From Gammaproteobacteria bacterium (GTDB lineage Bacteria; Pseudomonadota; Gammaproteobacteria; JABDGN01): DNA of 58,079 nt. The stretch spans positions 1-58,079 of the forward strand of contig JABDGN010000005.1 in the NCBI GenBank assembly GCA_013285995.1, written 5' to 3'. This document shows positions 47,501 to 55,196 of the stretch, piece after piece. The notes below the pieces were generated by a model. That model searched no databases. It had not been told where the DNA came from and saw only the letters and a list, made by a program, of their open reading frames with translations. How positions within the stretch are numbered: the stretch's first letter is position 1; each line of letters begins with the position of its first letter. Position numbers and translations under genes: made by a program.

Positions 47501-47778
47501 TCAGTCGCAATGCAAGTTACAGCAGCAGTGTGTCCTTCCAGAATTTGAAAGCAGCGCAAACAACCTTTTTCAATTTCTGTGTAAAGCATGAGAGAGCAAT
47601 TCAAACCTTGAAAAACCCAAACCGTTTGATTACCCTGATAATCAAATAGCACATCTAAAAATGTGCCCGTCAAAGGCAACACTTTAATTTTATTCGAAGA
47701 TGGATGGTCGCTTATGTTCTGCAGCATAGGGGCATATTCACAAATAGAACTGTCAGTTCGCAGTTCATCAGGAGTCAT
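44494..47778 (-). CDS. 1094-aa eukaryotic-like protein with N-terminal WD40 repeats, a central beta-rich region and a C-terminal RCC1 propeller
   Basis: WD40: GHTAAVTCIATDWYGRIISGSLDGSLRVWA and TAEGYIHLWLW. RCC1 blades: AGGGHHVLILLSNGQIWGAGENDNGQLGLG, AAGGNHSLALLSNGQLLAWGANDTGQLGLG, TAGKYSSYALLENGQIFAWGHNSSGELGL, MAGTTHVFAVLENGQLFGWGSNSYYEL. ATG at 47778. Confidence 0.75.
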   Translation of the reverse strand: MTPDELRTDSSICEYAPMLQNISDHPSSNKIKVLPLTGTFLDVLFDYQGNQTVWVFQGLNCSLMLYTEIEKGCLRCFQILEGHTAAVTCIATDWYGRIISGSLDGSLRVWAKDGSCIAMLNNSGEVKCLLIDKAGHIGDHVYAGLRNGTVSVWRITGQASFQLIDTLQGPTSKYHRSVIMCLATGNNGLLIAGTAEGYIHLWLWSDNSFTLVRSIQKFKFPIIYLSIDSERDTDTILVFSSPVSTTRGLIYQLTGLERATQLFKDTNFHFCVPVRPGALDFISISQQQEEQQVFSYWFFNKTTFEQTNNRLLSKKINSSNAIQKIIRTPTGEVILVFSNNDIERWLANGECFQRVQVLDDSSPGNIVYDPRRGKFFIRKKNIVVFYEQNKVYVFNPLISRSDLAECNFLALYSKRGLFITSYQSSNWIALVDYSGVVIHIIKDAHIGGINAVLVDEKLDHIISVGKQDGRICRWEFQTPTTIRKIGELAAVSASKRSQKLHTLIYKKTHAIIYMDHMAHKINCWEMDKQQHTPFFSGDCYFHCLAINQLQNELFTASYNNILVISLLTKQLVSTIVAHHRGIINLSFNEESESLLSTTCNEIKIWHKNSINQYEVTQTIFLTHVSVSAESGNYGSFDPNGHCLLGSRDEVLLLNTPAKPPSFSLSPGFLQGRELGVLSPAVFKAKVYGKPFSQPFDLVFKPTTAPISQAVSNAYSSHSHGKLQQPYSEIQICPGDNVTFFYKHTPNGLIICGSGSNYYEHQLTLSERGCYRLTQLPFFNSSMQLMQLVAAKGSNTHFLALLADGRIAEWGLYKQVAPQFIQLPATIGNKKVIQLAALGFETLALLNDNSFVHWNNFDSAELGVGDIINLSSLKFLPLPPIFSSTNVIQIAGGGHHVLILLSNGQIWGAGENDNGQLGLGLADDKIISLQQAKLQDMHAIQIAAGGNHSLALLSNGQLLAWGANDTGQLGLGHTADQFLPQPVNIGPHRIKQITAGKYSSYALLENGQIFAWGHNSSGELGLNNREDQFSPQLVNLGPHKAMKIMAGTTHVFAVLENGQLFGWGSNSYYELNLPEQDSILTPTPIPMEAFYSASE

Positions 47779-47983
47779 GTTTAAATAGAGCGACAAATTC
47801 TATCAGGTATAAGTTAAGAAAAAATTAAGCCATTTGCGTACTAATAATTATTTGAGATGTTTACACTAGGTCGGCTTAAGAAGGAGTTTAATTTTAAAAG
47901 TAACACTATGGTAGCACCAATAATTTTTAGATATTTTTAAAAAAGAATATTAGCGGTATCAGCCTGATTATTATCATATTTAA

Positions 47984-48059
47984 TGGTGCCGAAGAGGTGA
48001 ATCGAACACCCGACCCACGCATTACGAATGCGTTGCTCTACCGACTGAGCTACTTCGGC
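47984..48059 (-). tRNA. tRNA-Thr (anticodon CGT)
   Basis: Hand-folded cloverleaf: acceptor GCCGAAG/CTTCGGC, D stem GCTC/GAGC, anticodon stem ACGCA/TGCGT with loop TTCGTAA, T stem GGGTG/CACCT with TTCGATT loop. CCA is encoded. Confidence 0.9.
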
Positions 48060-48288
48060 GTAAACTTTGAACTTCTGTGTCGGCTTGTTCGTTTCGCTAG
48101 CGCGAAACTCTCGTAAGCCGACCTACATTACTTCGGCGTAAAGTTTAAATGATGTCGGCTTGTTCGTTTCGCTAGCGCGAAACTCTCGTAAACCGACCTA
48201 CATTACTTCGGCGTAAAGTTTAAATGATGTTGGCTTGTTCGTTTCGCTTTTCGGGCGGGTCAAGCCCCGCCCCTACAAACCGACCTAC
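48051..48288. repeat. three tandem ~75-78-bp units, each made of the tRNA 5' end plus upstream nt and a family-B hairpin
   Basis: tacttcggcg recurs at 48051, 48129 and 48204, each followed by taaa(c/g)tttaa.. and gtcggcttgttcgtttcgc...aagccgacctac. The third unit carries a GC-rich variant insert. Confidence 0.8.
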
Positions 48289-48296
48289 GGTTACAT

Positions 48297-49829
48297 TTAC
48301 TCCGCTGCTGCAAGATCTTTAAGGCTGGCAAAGCGGCCATGCTTCAGACATGTCACGGCGAAAATAAAACTGACTAAAGCAAACAGCGTTGAAGCGATCA
48401 TGCCGTAGGCGAAAGCGTCATTATAAATTATTTGTGCAGTGGTTTTCAAATGAGTAATTTGTGTGGCAGATAAATTACTTAAATCTTGATGTGAGCCGGC
48501 TAATAAGTGCATCACTTGTAAAAAAGTAATTTGCGAAGTGGAGAATGCCGTGCTTAAAAATACGCTGATTTTATGATACATGACACTGGCAATCACGGCG
48601 CCGACGACGGCTAAACCTAAAGCGCCACCGGCTTGTCGCATGGTGTTTAATACACCGGATGCCGTGCCATGTTGTTCGTGTTTAACCGATGCCATTACGG
48701 TTAAAATTCCACAGGGTACTAACATCCCCCAACCAGAGCCATAAATTACCATACTGATAAATAAAATAGTGTAGCTGTGCAGAACCACGGCGGCGACGAT
48801 GCCGATGTTGCCGAGCAATAATAAACTGCTACCGGTGCAAAGCGGCAAACGAGGTCCATGTTTATCGAGCCATCCGCCGCCTAAACGCGAGGTGATAATG
48901 TAAGGAATGCCGGCGGGCAATAATACTAATCCAGCAATGAGGGGATTAAAGCCGTGCGAATATTGCAACCATAATACCCAAAATACCATCGCGATCGCAC
49001 AAGCTTGGGTGCAAAATAAAATAATATTGCCGGCTAAGAAAATTTTGTTCTTAAACAAATGTAACTGGATAAGCGGCACACGGGTTTTTAATTCCGTGAT
49101 GGCGAATATTAGAAAACCAAAAATCGCAATAAGAAATAATAATAAAATTTCATGATTCGCCCAGCCTAATTCTGGTCCTTCCATGAGTGCGACAATCAGC
49201 GCGCCTAATGCGATGATAAATAAAATTAAACCAGGAATATCAAACGGTGCGTGATGAGTGCTAGGCGCGTCTTTTTCAACCGAGACTAAAGTGAAATAAA
49301 TGCATACGGCTGCGATGGGTAAATTCACCCAAAAAATCCAATGCCAATTAATTAGCTCACTAAATAATCCGCCAATAAGTGGACCATTACTTAAAAATAA
49401 AGATCCAAATGCGGCGCTGGTGCCGAGTGCTGCGCCGCGTTTTTCAACCGGAAAACAGCGGCTCAATAAAATGATATAGGTGGCAAGTGCCATGCTGCCG
49501 CCAATGCCTTGCAAGGCGCGGCCGGAAATGATCCACCAACCGGCTTGTGAGGTTGCGCACACGACGGAACCGATTAAAAAAATGCTCATGCCGATGATAA
49601 ACAAACGTCGCGAGCCGATGTAATCTGACAAGCGGCCGCTGAATAATAATAAAATCGAGAGGGTAAAAAAATAAGCGTTCATCACCCATTGCACGTCGAG
49701 ATTAGAAAGCCCTAATTCTAATTGCATGCGGGGGAGGGTGACGCCCACGCCAGTTTGATCTAAGAAGATCATCGATAAAAAGGCCGAGATGGCGATGAGG
49801 AGGAGTTTTTGTTTTTTGAGGGGATCCAT
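48297..49829 (-). CDS. MFS transporter, DHA2 (EmrB/QacA, 14-TM) family
   Basis: 510 aa, 14 hydrophobic helices, LDQTGVGVTLP and GRLSDYIGSRR motifs. Confidence 0.8.
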   Translation of the reverse strand: MDPLKKQKLLLIAISAFLSMIFLDQTGVGVTLPRMQLELGLSNLDVQWVMNAYFFTLSILLLFSGRLSDYIGSRRLFIIGMSIFLIGSVVCATSQAGWWIISGRALQGIGGSMALATYIILLSRCFPVEKRGAALGTSAAFGSLFLSNGPLIGGLFSELINWHWIFWVNLPIAAVCIYFTLVSVEKDAPSTHHAPFDIPGLILFIIALGALIVALMEGPELGWANHEILLLFLIAIFGFLIFAITELKTRVPLIQLHLFKNKIFLAGNIILFCTQACAIAMVFWVLWLQYSHGFNPLIAGLVLLPAGIPYIITSRLGGGWLDKHGPRLPLCTGSSLLLLGNIGIVAAVVLHSYTILFISMVIYGSGWGMLVPCGILTVMASVKHEQHGTASGVLNTMRQAGGALGLAVVGAVIASVMYHKISVFLSTAFSTSQITFLQVMHLLAGSHQDLSNLSATQITHLKTTAQIIYNDAFAYGMIASTLFALVSFIFAVTCLKHGRFASLKDLAAAE

Positions 49830-49865
49830 AATTTTGGACTGTTATGATTGTCATTCTCAGCAAGA

Positions 49866-50005
49866 GTAGGTCGGCTTCAGGAGTTTCGCCGTCAGGCGAA
49901 ATGAACAAGCCGACGCCAAACTTGATGTCGGCTTGTTCGCTTAGGCTAAGCCTAAGCTCTCGTAAGCCGACCTACTTCATAGATTCCCGCTTGCGTGGGA
50001 ATGAC
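49866..50005. repeat. Family-B double-hairpin element (49866-49975) followed by a family-A hairpin (49983-50005)
   Basis: gtaggtcggcttcaggagtttcgccgtcaggcgaaatgaacaagccgac ... gtcggcttgttcgcttaggctaagcctaagctctcgtaagccgacctac, then attcccgcttgcgtgggaatgac. Confidence 0.85.
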
Positions 50006-50135
50006 GCAACTTTTTAAAATACTTGTGAGATTAAATTAAGGTATACTATTCTCACACAGTCATTGTACCCGAATTGGCTCCGTATGGAGTTCTTTTCTGG
50101 CCAAAAGCCAGAATAGGGTACATCGACGCCCTTAT

Positions 50136-51533
50136 TTACATCCCATGAATAAACGCCATTGCTTTCTGTAAACGCTGCACACTGCGCGATTGGCCAATTA
50201 AACACAAAGTTAAATCCAGCGCAGGGGAAGTAGTATTGCCAGTGATGGCGACACGAATCGCGGGGCCGATTTTACCGAGTTTTAAGCCGGTTTCGTTGAC
50301 TGTCGTTTCCAGCACGCCATGAATCGCTTCTTTGTTCCAATCAGTTAAAGCTTCCAACTTTTGAATGAATAATTTTAAAGCCGGAATTATGTCTTTGTTG
50401 AAATGTTTCGCTACGCACGCTTCATCATACACAAAAGCATCGCTGTAAAAATAGTGGCTTTTCTCCGCCATTTCTTGCAAAGTTTTAACTCGTTCAGCTT
50501 GCGCTTGCACCAGCGCAATTAAAGTCGGGCCTTGGCTTGCGTCGATATTTAATTGTTTAAATTGAAAGGCTAAATGACCCGCGACATAATCGGCGGGTAA
50601 GGTTTTCATATAATGCTGATTAAGCCACAATAATTTTTCAGTGTTAAAAGCAGCCGGTGATTTGTTGATGTGCGCGACATCAAAGCTGTTGACCATTTCT
50701 TCACGCGAAAAAATTTCCTGGTCGCCATGTGACCAACCTAAGCGCACTAAATAATTCAGCAACGCTTCGGGTAAAAATCCCGCATCGCGATATTGCATCA
50801 CACTCACGGCACCGTGACGCTTCGACAAGCGCTGTCCATCATCACCTAAAATCATCGGCAAGTGGCCATATTCAGGCGGTTTGGCATCGAGCGCATGAAA
50901 TAAATTAATTTGCCGCGGTGTGTTGTTGATGTGATCATCGCCACGCAATACGTGCGTCATGTGCATGTCGAAATCATCAACTACGACGGTGAAATTGTAG
51001 GTCGGTGTACCATCCGTGCGCGCGATAATGAGATCATCTAATTCAGTATTTTGAAATTCAAGCTTGCCATGCACCATGTCATTCCAAACTACGCTGCCTG
51101 ATTCGGGATTTTTAAACCGCACGACAAAAGGTGCATTTTTTTGTTCAGTGAGATGACGACAATGGCCATCGTAACGCGGTTTTTGCTTGGTTTCAATTTG
51201 ATGAGCACGCAGTTCATCCAAACGTTCTTTGCTGCAATAGCAGCGATAAGCTTTGCTATTTTCTAATAATTGTTGCACGACTTGTTTGTAACGATCAAAG
51301 CGTTGGGTTTGGAAAACTAAATCGCTATCCCAATTTAAACCCAACCACTGCATGCCATCTAAAATCGCTTGCACCGATTCATCGGTGGAGCGTTCTTGAT
51401 CGGTATCTTCAATCCGCAAATGAAATTGGCCTTTATTTTTGCGGGCAAATAAATACGAGAAGAGGGCAGTGCGCGCGCCACCGACGTGTAAATAACCGGT
51501 GGGGCTGGGAGCAAAACGAGTGATGATGGTCAT
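50136..51533 (-). CDS. gltX: glutamate--tRNA ligase
   Basis: The Met at 51533: MTIITRFAPSPTGYLHVGGARTA (HIGH motif), LSKRHG (KMSKS variant). The ORF extension to 51680 overlaps the upstream gene. Confidence 0.9.
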   Translation of the reverse strand: MTIITRFAPSPTGYLHVGGARTALFSYLFARKNKGQFHLRIEDTDQERSTDESVQAILDGMQWLGLNWDSDLVFQTQRFDRYKQVVQQLLENSKAYRCYCSKERLDELRAHQIETKQKPRYDGHCRHLTEQKNAPFVVRFKNPESGSVVWNDMVHGKLEFQNTELDDLIIARTDGTPTYNFTVVVDDFDMHMTHVLRGDDHINNTPRQINLFHALDAKPPEYGHLPMILGDDGQRLSKRHGAVSVMQYRDAGFLPEALLNYLVRLGWSHGDQEIFSREEMVNSFDVAHINKSPAAFNTEKLLWLNQHYMKTLPADYVAGHLAFQFKQLNIDASQGPTLIALVQAQAERVKTLQEMAEKSHYFYSDAFVYDEACVAKHFNKDIIPALKLFIQKLEALTDWNKEAIHGVLETTVNETGLKLGKIGPAIRVAITGNTTSPALDLTLCLIGQSRSVQRLQKAMAFIHGM

Positions 51534-52732
51534 GATAATTCTCGATATTTTAAGTTGATTGCCATTAATACAATAAGTATTCCGCACAGCAAAATCAAGA
51601 GGGGTAAAGATAACACGTGTACGATTTGTAAGTATCCTATCACAGCAGCGGCTATACCGGAAATCACAAATCGCAAACAACCTGTTAAGGCCGAAGCGCT
51701 ACCCGCTTTTTCGCGAAACGGCGCTAAAGCCCCTGCCATTGCGGGTGGGAATATTAACGCTATTCCAAAAGTGCAAAATAACATGGCAATGATAAATAAT
51801 ACCGCTGAAACAGAAAACAATGCGATAACGCCCGTCATGAAAATGCCGCCCAACAAAATCAGGCTCGCTCCAAATAATATAATATTTTCTGATTTAAAGT
51901 GTATTATCAATCGACTCGTGATGAGACTTCCCAACACCAAACCCAGGGCATTAATAGCAAATAACACTGCGAAATATTGCGCGGAAACTTTGCCGAGTGT
52001 CATCATATAATAAGGTGCGTTAGTCGCAAACGCAATTAAAATAACAAACGCCAAAATAGAACAAACAGCATATTTTTTATAGAGACGGTTCGATAAAATT
52101 GCAAAATAAGTTTGTAACACCGAGGCAGTCGATTTTGCTAAAGTCTGATGCGTTTGGCTGGTTTCTGCAAATTTAAATACAATAGCTAATAACAATACAA
52201 CGCTGACTATGACTAAAAAAGTAAAATTACTGCGCCAACCCAATTCATGTTGCAGATAAGCACCAATGATCGGCGCCAAAATCGGTGAGCAACCCATTGC
52301 AGTTGTTAAATAACTCATCACTTTAACAGCTTGTTTGCCCTCAAATATATCTCTGACAATAGCGAATGAGGAAATGGATATGGCGCTGGCTCCAATGCCT
52401 TGGCAAAAGCGTGCCAGGATTAATATGGATAAAGTGGGCGCAAAAACACAGACCAGCGCAGCAAGGATGTAGAGAGTTAAGCCCGCGATGAGAATGGGTT
52501 TGCGACCAAAACGATCAGACAAGGGCCCCCACACTAATTGAAATAAACCATAGGCTAATAAAAACAAACTAATAGTTAATTGTGTGTGGGCATAAAGCGT
52601 GTGAAAATATTCCGTAATGCGCGGCATCGCCGGCAAATAAATATCGATCGACATAGCGGGCAATGCTGCCATGCAGATGAGTATGGCAATGGTTGGAAAG
52701 TTGGAGAAGCTGGAGAGGGTTTTTTCAGTCAA
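51530..52732 (-). CDS. MFS transporter, Bcr/CflA family
   Basis: TTG at 52732 gives MTEKTLSSFSNFPTIAILICMAALPAMSIDIYLPAMP, which parallels the E. coli Bcr N-terminus. 12 TM helices. The stop overlaps the gltX ATG (ATGA). Confidence 0.75.
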   Translation of the reverse strand: MTEKTLSSFSNFPTIAILICMAALPAMSIDIYLPAMPRITEYFHTLYAHTQLTISLFLLAYGLFQLVWGPLSDRFGRKPILIAGLTLYILAALVCVFAPTLSILILARFCQGIGASAISISSFAIVRDIFEGKQAVKVMSYLTTAMGCSPILAPIIGAYLQHELGWRSNFTFLVIVSVVLLLAIVFKFAETSQTHQTLAKSTASVLQTYFAILSNRLYKKYAVCSILAFVILIAFATNAPYYMMTLGKVSAQYFAVLFAINALGLVLGSLITSRLIIHFKSENIILFGASLILLGGIFMTGVIALFSVSAVLFIIAMLFCTFGIALIFPPAMAGALAPFREKAGSASALTGCLRFVISGIAAAVIGYLQIVHVLSLPLLILLCGILIVLMAINLKYRELS

Positions 52733-52943
52733 TTTGAATGTCTTCGAGAGGGGTAGCTTTAGGTATTGATTCTCCGGCATTCAATAAGCCTTCAATGTGG
52801 AAAACCAATCCTTCGCGGGCGTTTTTTAAAGCTGCTTTAATAGTGTTACCACCGAACACGCAACCAGGAAAATCGGGGAACATAACTCCGTAATCAGCAC
52901 CTTTCTTTTGAGCTCGGTGAACGAGGGCAACATAGGTTGGCAT
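52725..52943 (-). CDS. HicB-like (UPF0150) domain protein, 72 aa, no DNA-binding domain
   Basis: YVALVHRAQKKGADYGVMFPDFPGCVFGGNTIKAALKNAREGLVFHIEGL matches the HicB N-terminal partial RNase-H fold. No hicA gene is adjacent. Confidence 0.6.
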   Translation of the reverse strand: MPTYVALVHRAQKKGADYGVMFPDFPGCVFGGNTIKAALKNAREGLVFHIEGLLNAGESIPKATPLEDIQID

Positions 52944-52946
52944 AAT

Positions 52947-53285
52947 TTAGTGCACAAATTTTAAAACGATAGGAACTAAAATAGTGACGACAATTAATCC
53001 TAAAACCCATTTAAAATTATTGTCTATTTTCGTATCAAAAAGATTTATTCTAGCTTCAATTTTTGATTCTAAAGCTTCTATTTTCGTATCTAAAAAGGTT
53101 AACTTAGTTTCAAACTTTGATTCCATCGTAGTTAGTTTGTCTTCGATTCTTAATAGGGTAGTATTAATGTGTTTTGTTTCATTTTCCAGCACAGTCACCC
53201 GAGTGTCCGTCGTATTCTCAAACGATGATGACTTATTTCTTTGTTTAAATGGGATCACACTAGTGTTTTTTGTATTAAGCGTCAT
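52947..53285 (-). CDS. coiled-coil protein with a C-terminal membrane anchor (DUF1640-like tail KW-x-LG...LK-F)
   Basis: Repetitive ESKFETKLTFLDTKIEALESKIEARINLFDTKI coiled coil, then FKWVLGLIVVTILVPIVLKFVH. Confidence 0.5.
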   Translation of the reverse strand: MTLNTKNTSVIPFKQRNKSSSFENTTDTRVTVLENETKHINTTLLRIEDKLTTMESKFETKLTFLDTKIEALESKIEARINLFDTKIDNNFKWVLGLIVVTILVPIVLKFVH

Positions 53286-53619
53286 TGCGCTCTCCTGCGG
53301 CCATTTTTCTCTCTACTATAACCGCCGATGCCATATGAGCGTAGCCACAATTAGTACAAGAAATTAAAATAGCGGGGAACAGCCTATCTGAGGTAGCTGA
53401 ATTATTATTCGGATTAAAACCAACCAGAGCATTCATGATACCATCATCAGCTTGATTCACGCTCCAGTCACTTGCACCACACATAGAACATTTATCGAGT
53501 TGCCAATTTTTTCTAAAATAGCTAAGCACTTTTTCAGCATTTTCTAGCTTTATTAAGTTTGGATCGTTATCCATAGTAACCTCATAATTCTTTTGTAGTA
53601 TGTTACCATGTTGAGACAT
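53275..53619 (-). CDS. 114-aa putative zinc-ribbon protein (CxxC ... CxxC)
   Basis: GAGG RBS before ATG 53619. CSMCGASDW ... CTNCGYAH. Overlaps the next gene by 11 nt. Confidence 0.45.
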   Translation of the reverse strand: MSQHGNILQKNYEVTMDNDPNLIKLENAEKVLSYFRKNWQLDKCSMCGASDWSVNQADDGIMNALVGFNPNNNSATSDRLFPAILISCTNCGYAHMASAVIVERKMAAGERNDA

Positions 53620-53741
53620 ATTTACCTCAAAATTCTGCTTTGTTGAATTATAGCAAACCAAACCGATAAATTCAACTACAAATTAAAATAAATTTTTGAA
53701 ATTATGATACACTTTGCGCCATTTTAATAGCGAGAAACACT

Positions 53742-55112
53742 ATGTTTAGCACCCTCAGTGAACACTTACAAAAAGCCGTCAAACACATACGCGGGCAAGC
53801 GCGCATCACCGAAGAAAATATTCAAGAAACGCTGCGCGCGATTCGCTTGAGTTTGTTAGAAGCCGACGTGGCTTTGCCGGTTGCGAAAGCCTTTATCGCG
53901 CAGGTGAAAGAAAAAGCTTTAGGCATCGATGTTGCGAAGAGTTTAAATCCCAGCCAAGCGTTTATAAAAGTTGTTAGCGATGAATTAACGGAATTAATGG
54001 GCGCGGAAAATGCCGAGCTTAATTTGCGCACGCAACCGCCAGCGATTATTTTAATGGCCGGTTTGCAAGGTTCGGGTAAAACCACCAGCGTTGGCAAGCT
54101 TGCCAAATTTTTGAAAGAAACGAAAAAGAAATCTGTGTTAGTAGCGAGCGCGGATATTTATCGCCCCGCGGCAATTCAACAGTTAGAAACGTTGGCGAAA
54201 ACTGTAGGCGTGGAATTTTTCCCCAGTCATACCGGTGAAAAGCCGATTGACATTGCCAAAAACGCCATTGATTTAGCGCGCAAAACGGCAATTGATGTAG
54301 TGATCATTGATACCGCCGGTCGCTTAGCAATTGATGCGGCGATGATGGATGAAATCAAAGCCTTGCATGCGGCGATTAATCCGATCGAAACTTTATTCGT
54401 CGTCGACAGCATGACGGGGCAAGATGCCGCTAACACCGCCAAAGCTTTCAATGATGCTTTACCCTTAACCGGCGTGATTCTGACTAAAACGGATGGCGAT
54501 GCGCGCGGTGGTGCGGCCTTATCCGTGCGTTTCATTACCGGTAAGCCAATTAAATTTATTGGCGTTGGCGAAAAAACCGATGCACTCGAAGCGTTTTATC
54601 CAGATCGCATCGCTTCCCGCATTTTAGGCATGGGCGACATGCTGAGTTTGATTGAAGAAGTGCAGCAAAAAGTCGATAAAGCTGAAGTTGCCAAGATGAC
54701 GCAAAAATTGCAAAGTGGTAAAGGCTTTACGCTGCAAGATTTTGCCGATCAATTAAAGCAAATGGATAAGCTCGGTGACATGAAAGGCATCCTCAGCAAA
54801 TTACCTGGAGGAATGGCAGCTTTGCCGCAAGCAGCGCAACAACTCACCAATAATAAAGCGAATAATAAAATGATTGCCATTATCAGTTCGATGACCAAAA
54901 AAGAACGCCGTTACCCCGATCTATTAAAAGCCTCGCGCAAATTGCGAGTCGCAAAAGGCTCCGGCACTCAAGTGCAAGATGTGAATCGTTTATTAAAGCA
55001 GTTTGAGCAAATGCAGAAAATGATGAAAAAAATTTCCGGCAAAGGCGGCATGCAGAAAATGTTGCGTGGGTTACAAAATATGCAGGGTTTGCAGGGAATG
55101 TTAGGACGGTAA
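53742..55112 (+). CDS. ffh: signal recognition particle protein Ffh
   Basis: GLQGSGKTT, DTAGR and TKTDGDARGG GTPase motifs, plus a Met-rich M domain. Confidence 0.92.
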   Translation: MFSTLSEHLQKAVKHIRGQARITEENIQETLRAIRLSLLEADVALPVAKAFIAQVKEKALGIDVAKSLNPSQAFIKVVSDELTELMGAENAELNLRTQPPAIILMAGLQGSGKTTSVGKLAKFLKETKKKSVLVASADIYRPAAIQQLETLAKTVGVEFFPSHTGEKPIDIAKNAIDLARKTAIDVVIIDTAGRLAIDAAMMDEIKALHAAINPIETLFVVDSMTGQDAANTAKAFNDALPLTGVILTKTDGDARGGAALSVRFITGKPIKFIGVGEKTDALEAFYPDRIASRILGMGDMLSLIEEVQQKVDKAEVAKMTQKLQSGKGFTLQDFADQLKQMDKLGDMKGILSKLPGGMAALPQAAQQLTNNKANNKMIAIISSMTKKERRYPDLLKASRKLRVAKGSGTQVQDVNRLLKQFEQMQKMMKKISGKGGMQKMLRGLQNMQGLQGMLGR

Positions 55113-55196
55113 ATAAATAACGCAGTACTTTTTTATTTTGGCGAAGCACATGCAGTCATTTTGTGCTGAATCTCAGCGACTGTTTTACCACCAAGT

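Noticed and set aside
48051-48288. Tandem ~75-bp repeats considered as a CRISPR array
   Set aside because: The units are directly contiguous with no unique spacers. They are longer than CRISPR repeats, are built from family-B sequence plus the tRNA 5' end, and no cas genes are present.
47779-48296. Search for an integrase, prophage or direct repeat of the tRNA-Thr 3' end marking a classical genomic island
   Set aside because: There is no integrase-like ORF within the window and I found no copy of the tRNA 3' half by eye. The only duplicated tRNA segment is the 5' end, on the other side of the gene.
50014-50205. ORF 50014-50205 (minus strand) downstream of and overlapping the gltX 3' end
   Set aside because: It overlaps the gltX C-terminus in another frame, has no RBS and no recognisable product.
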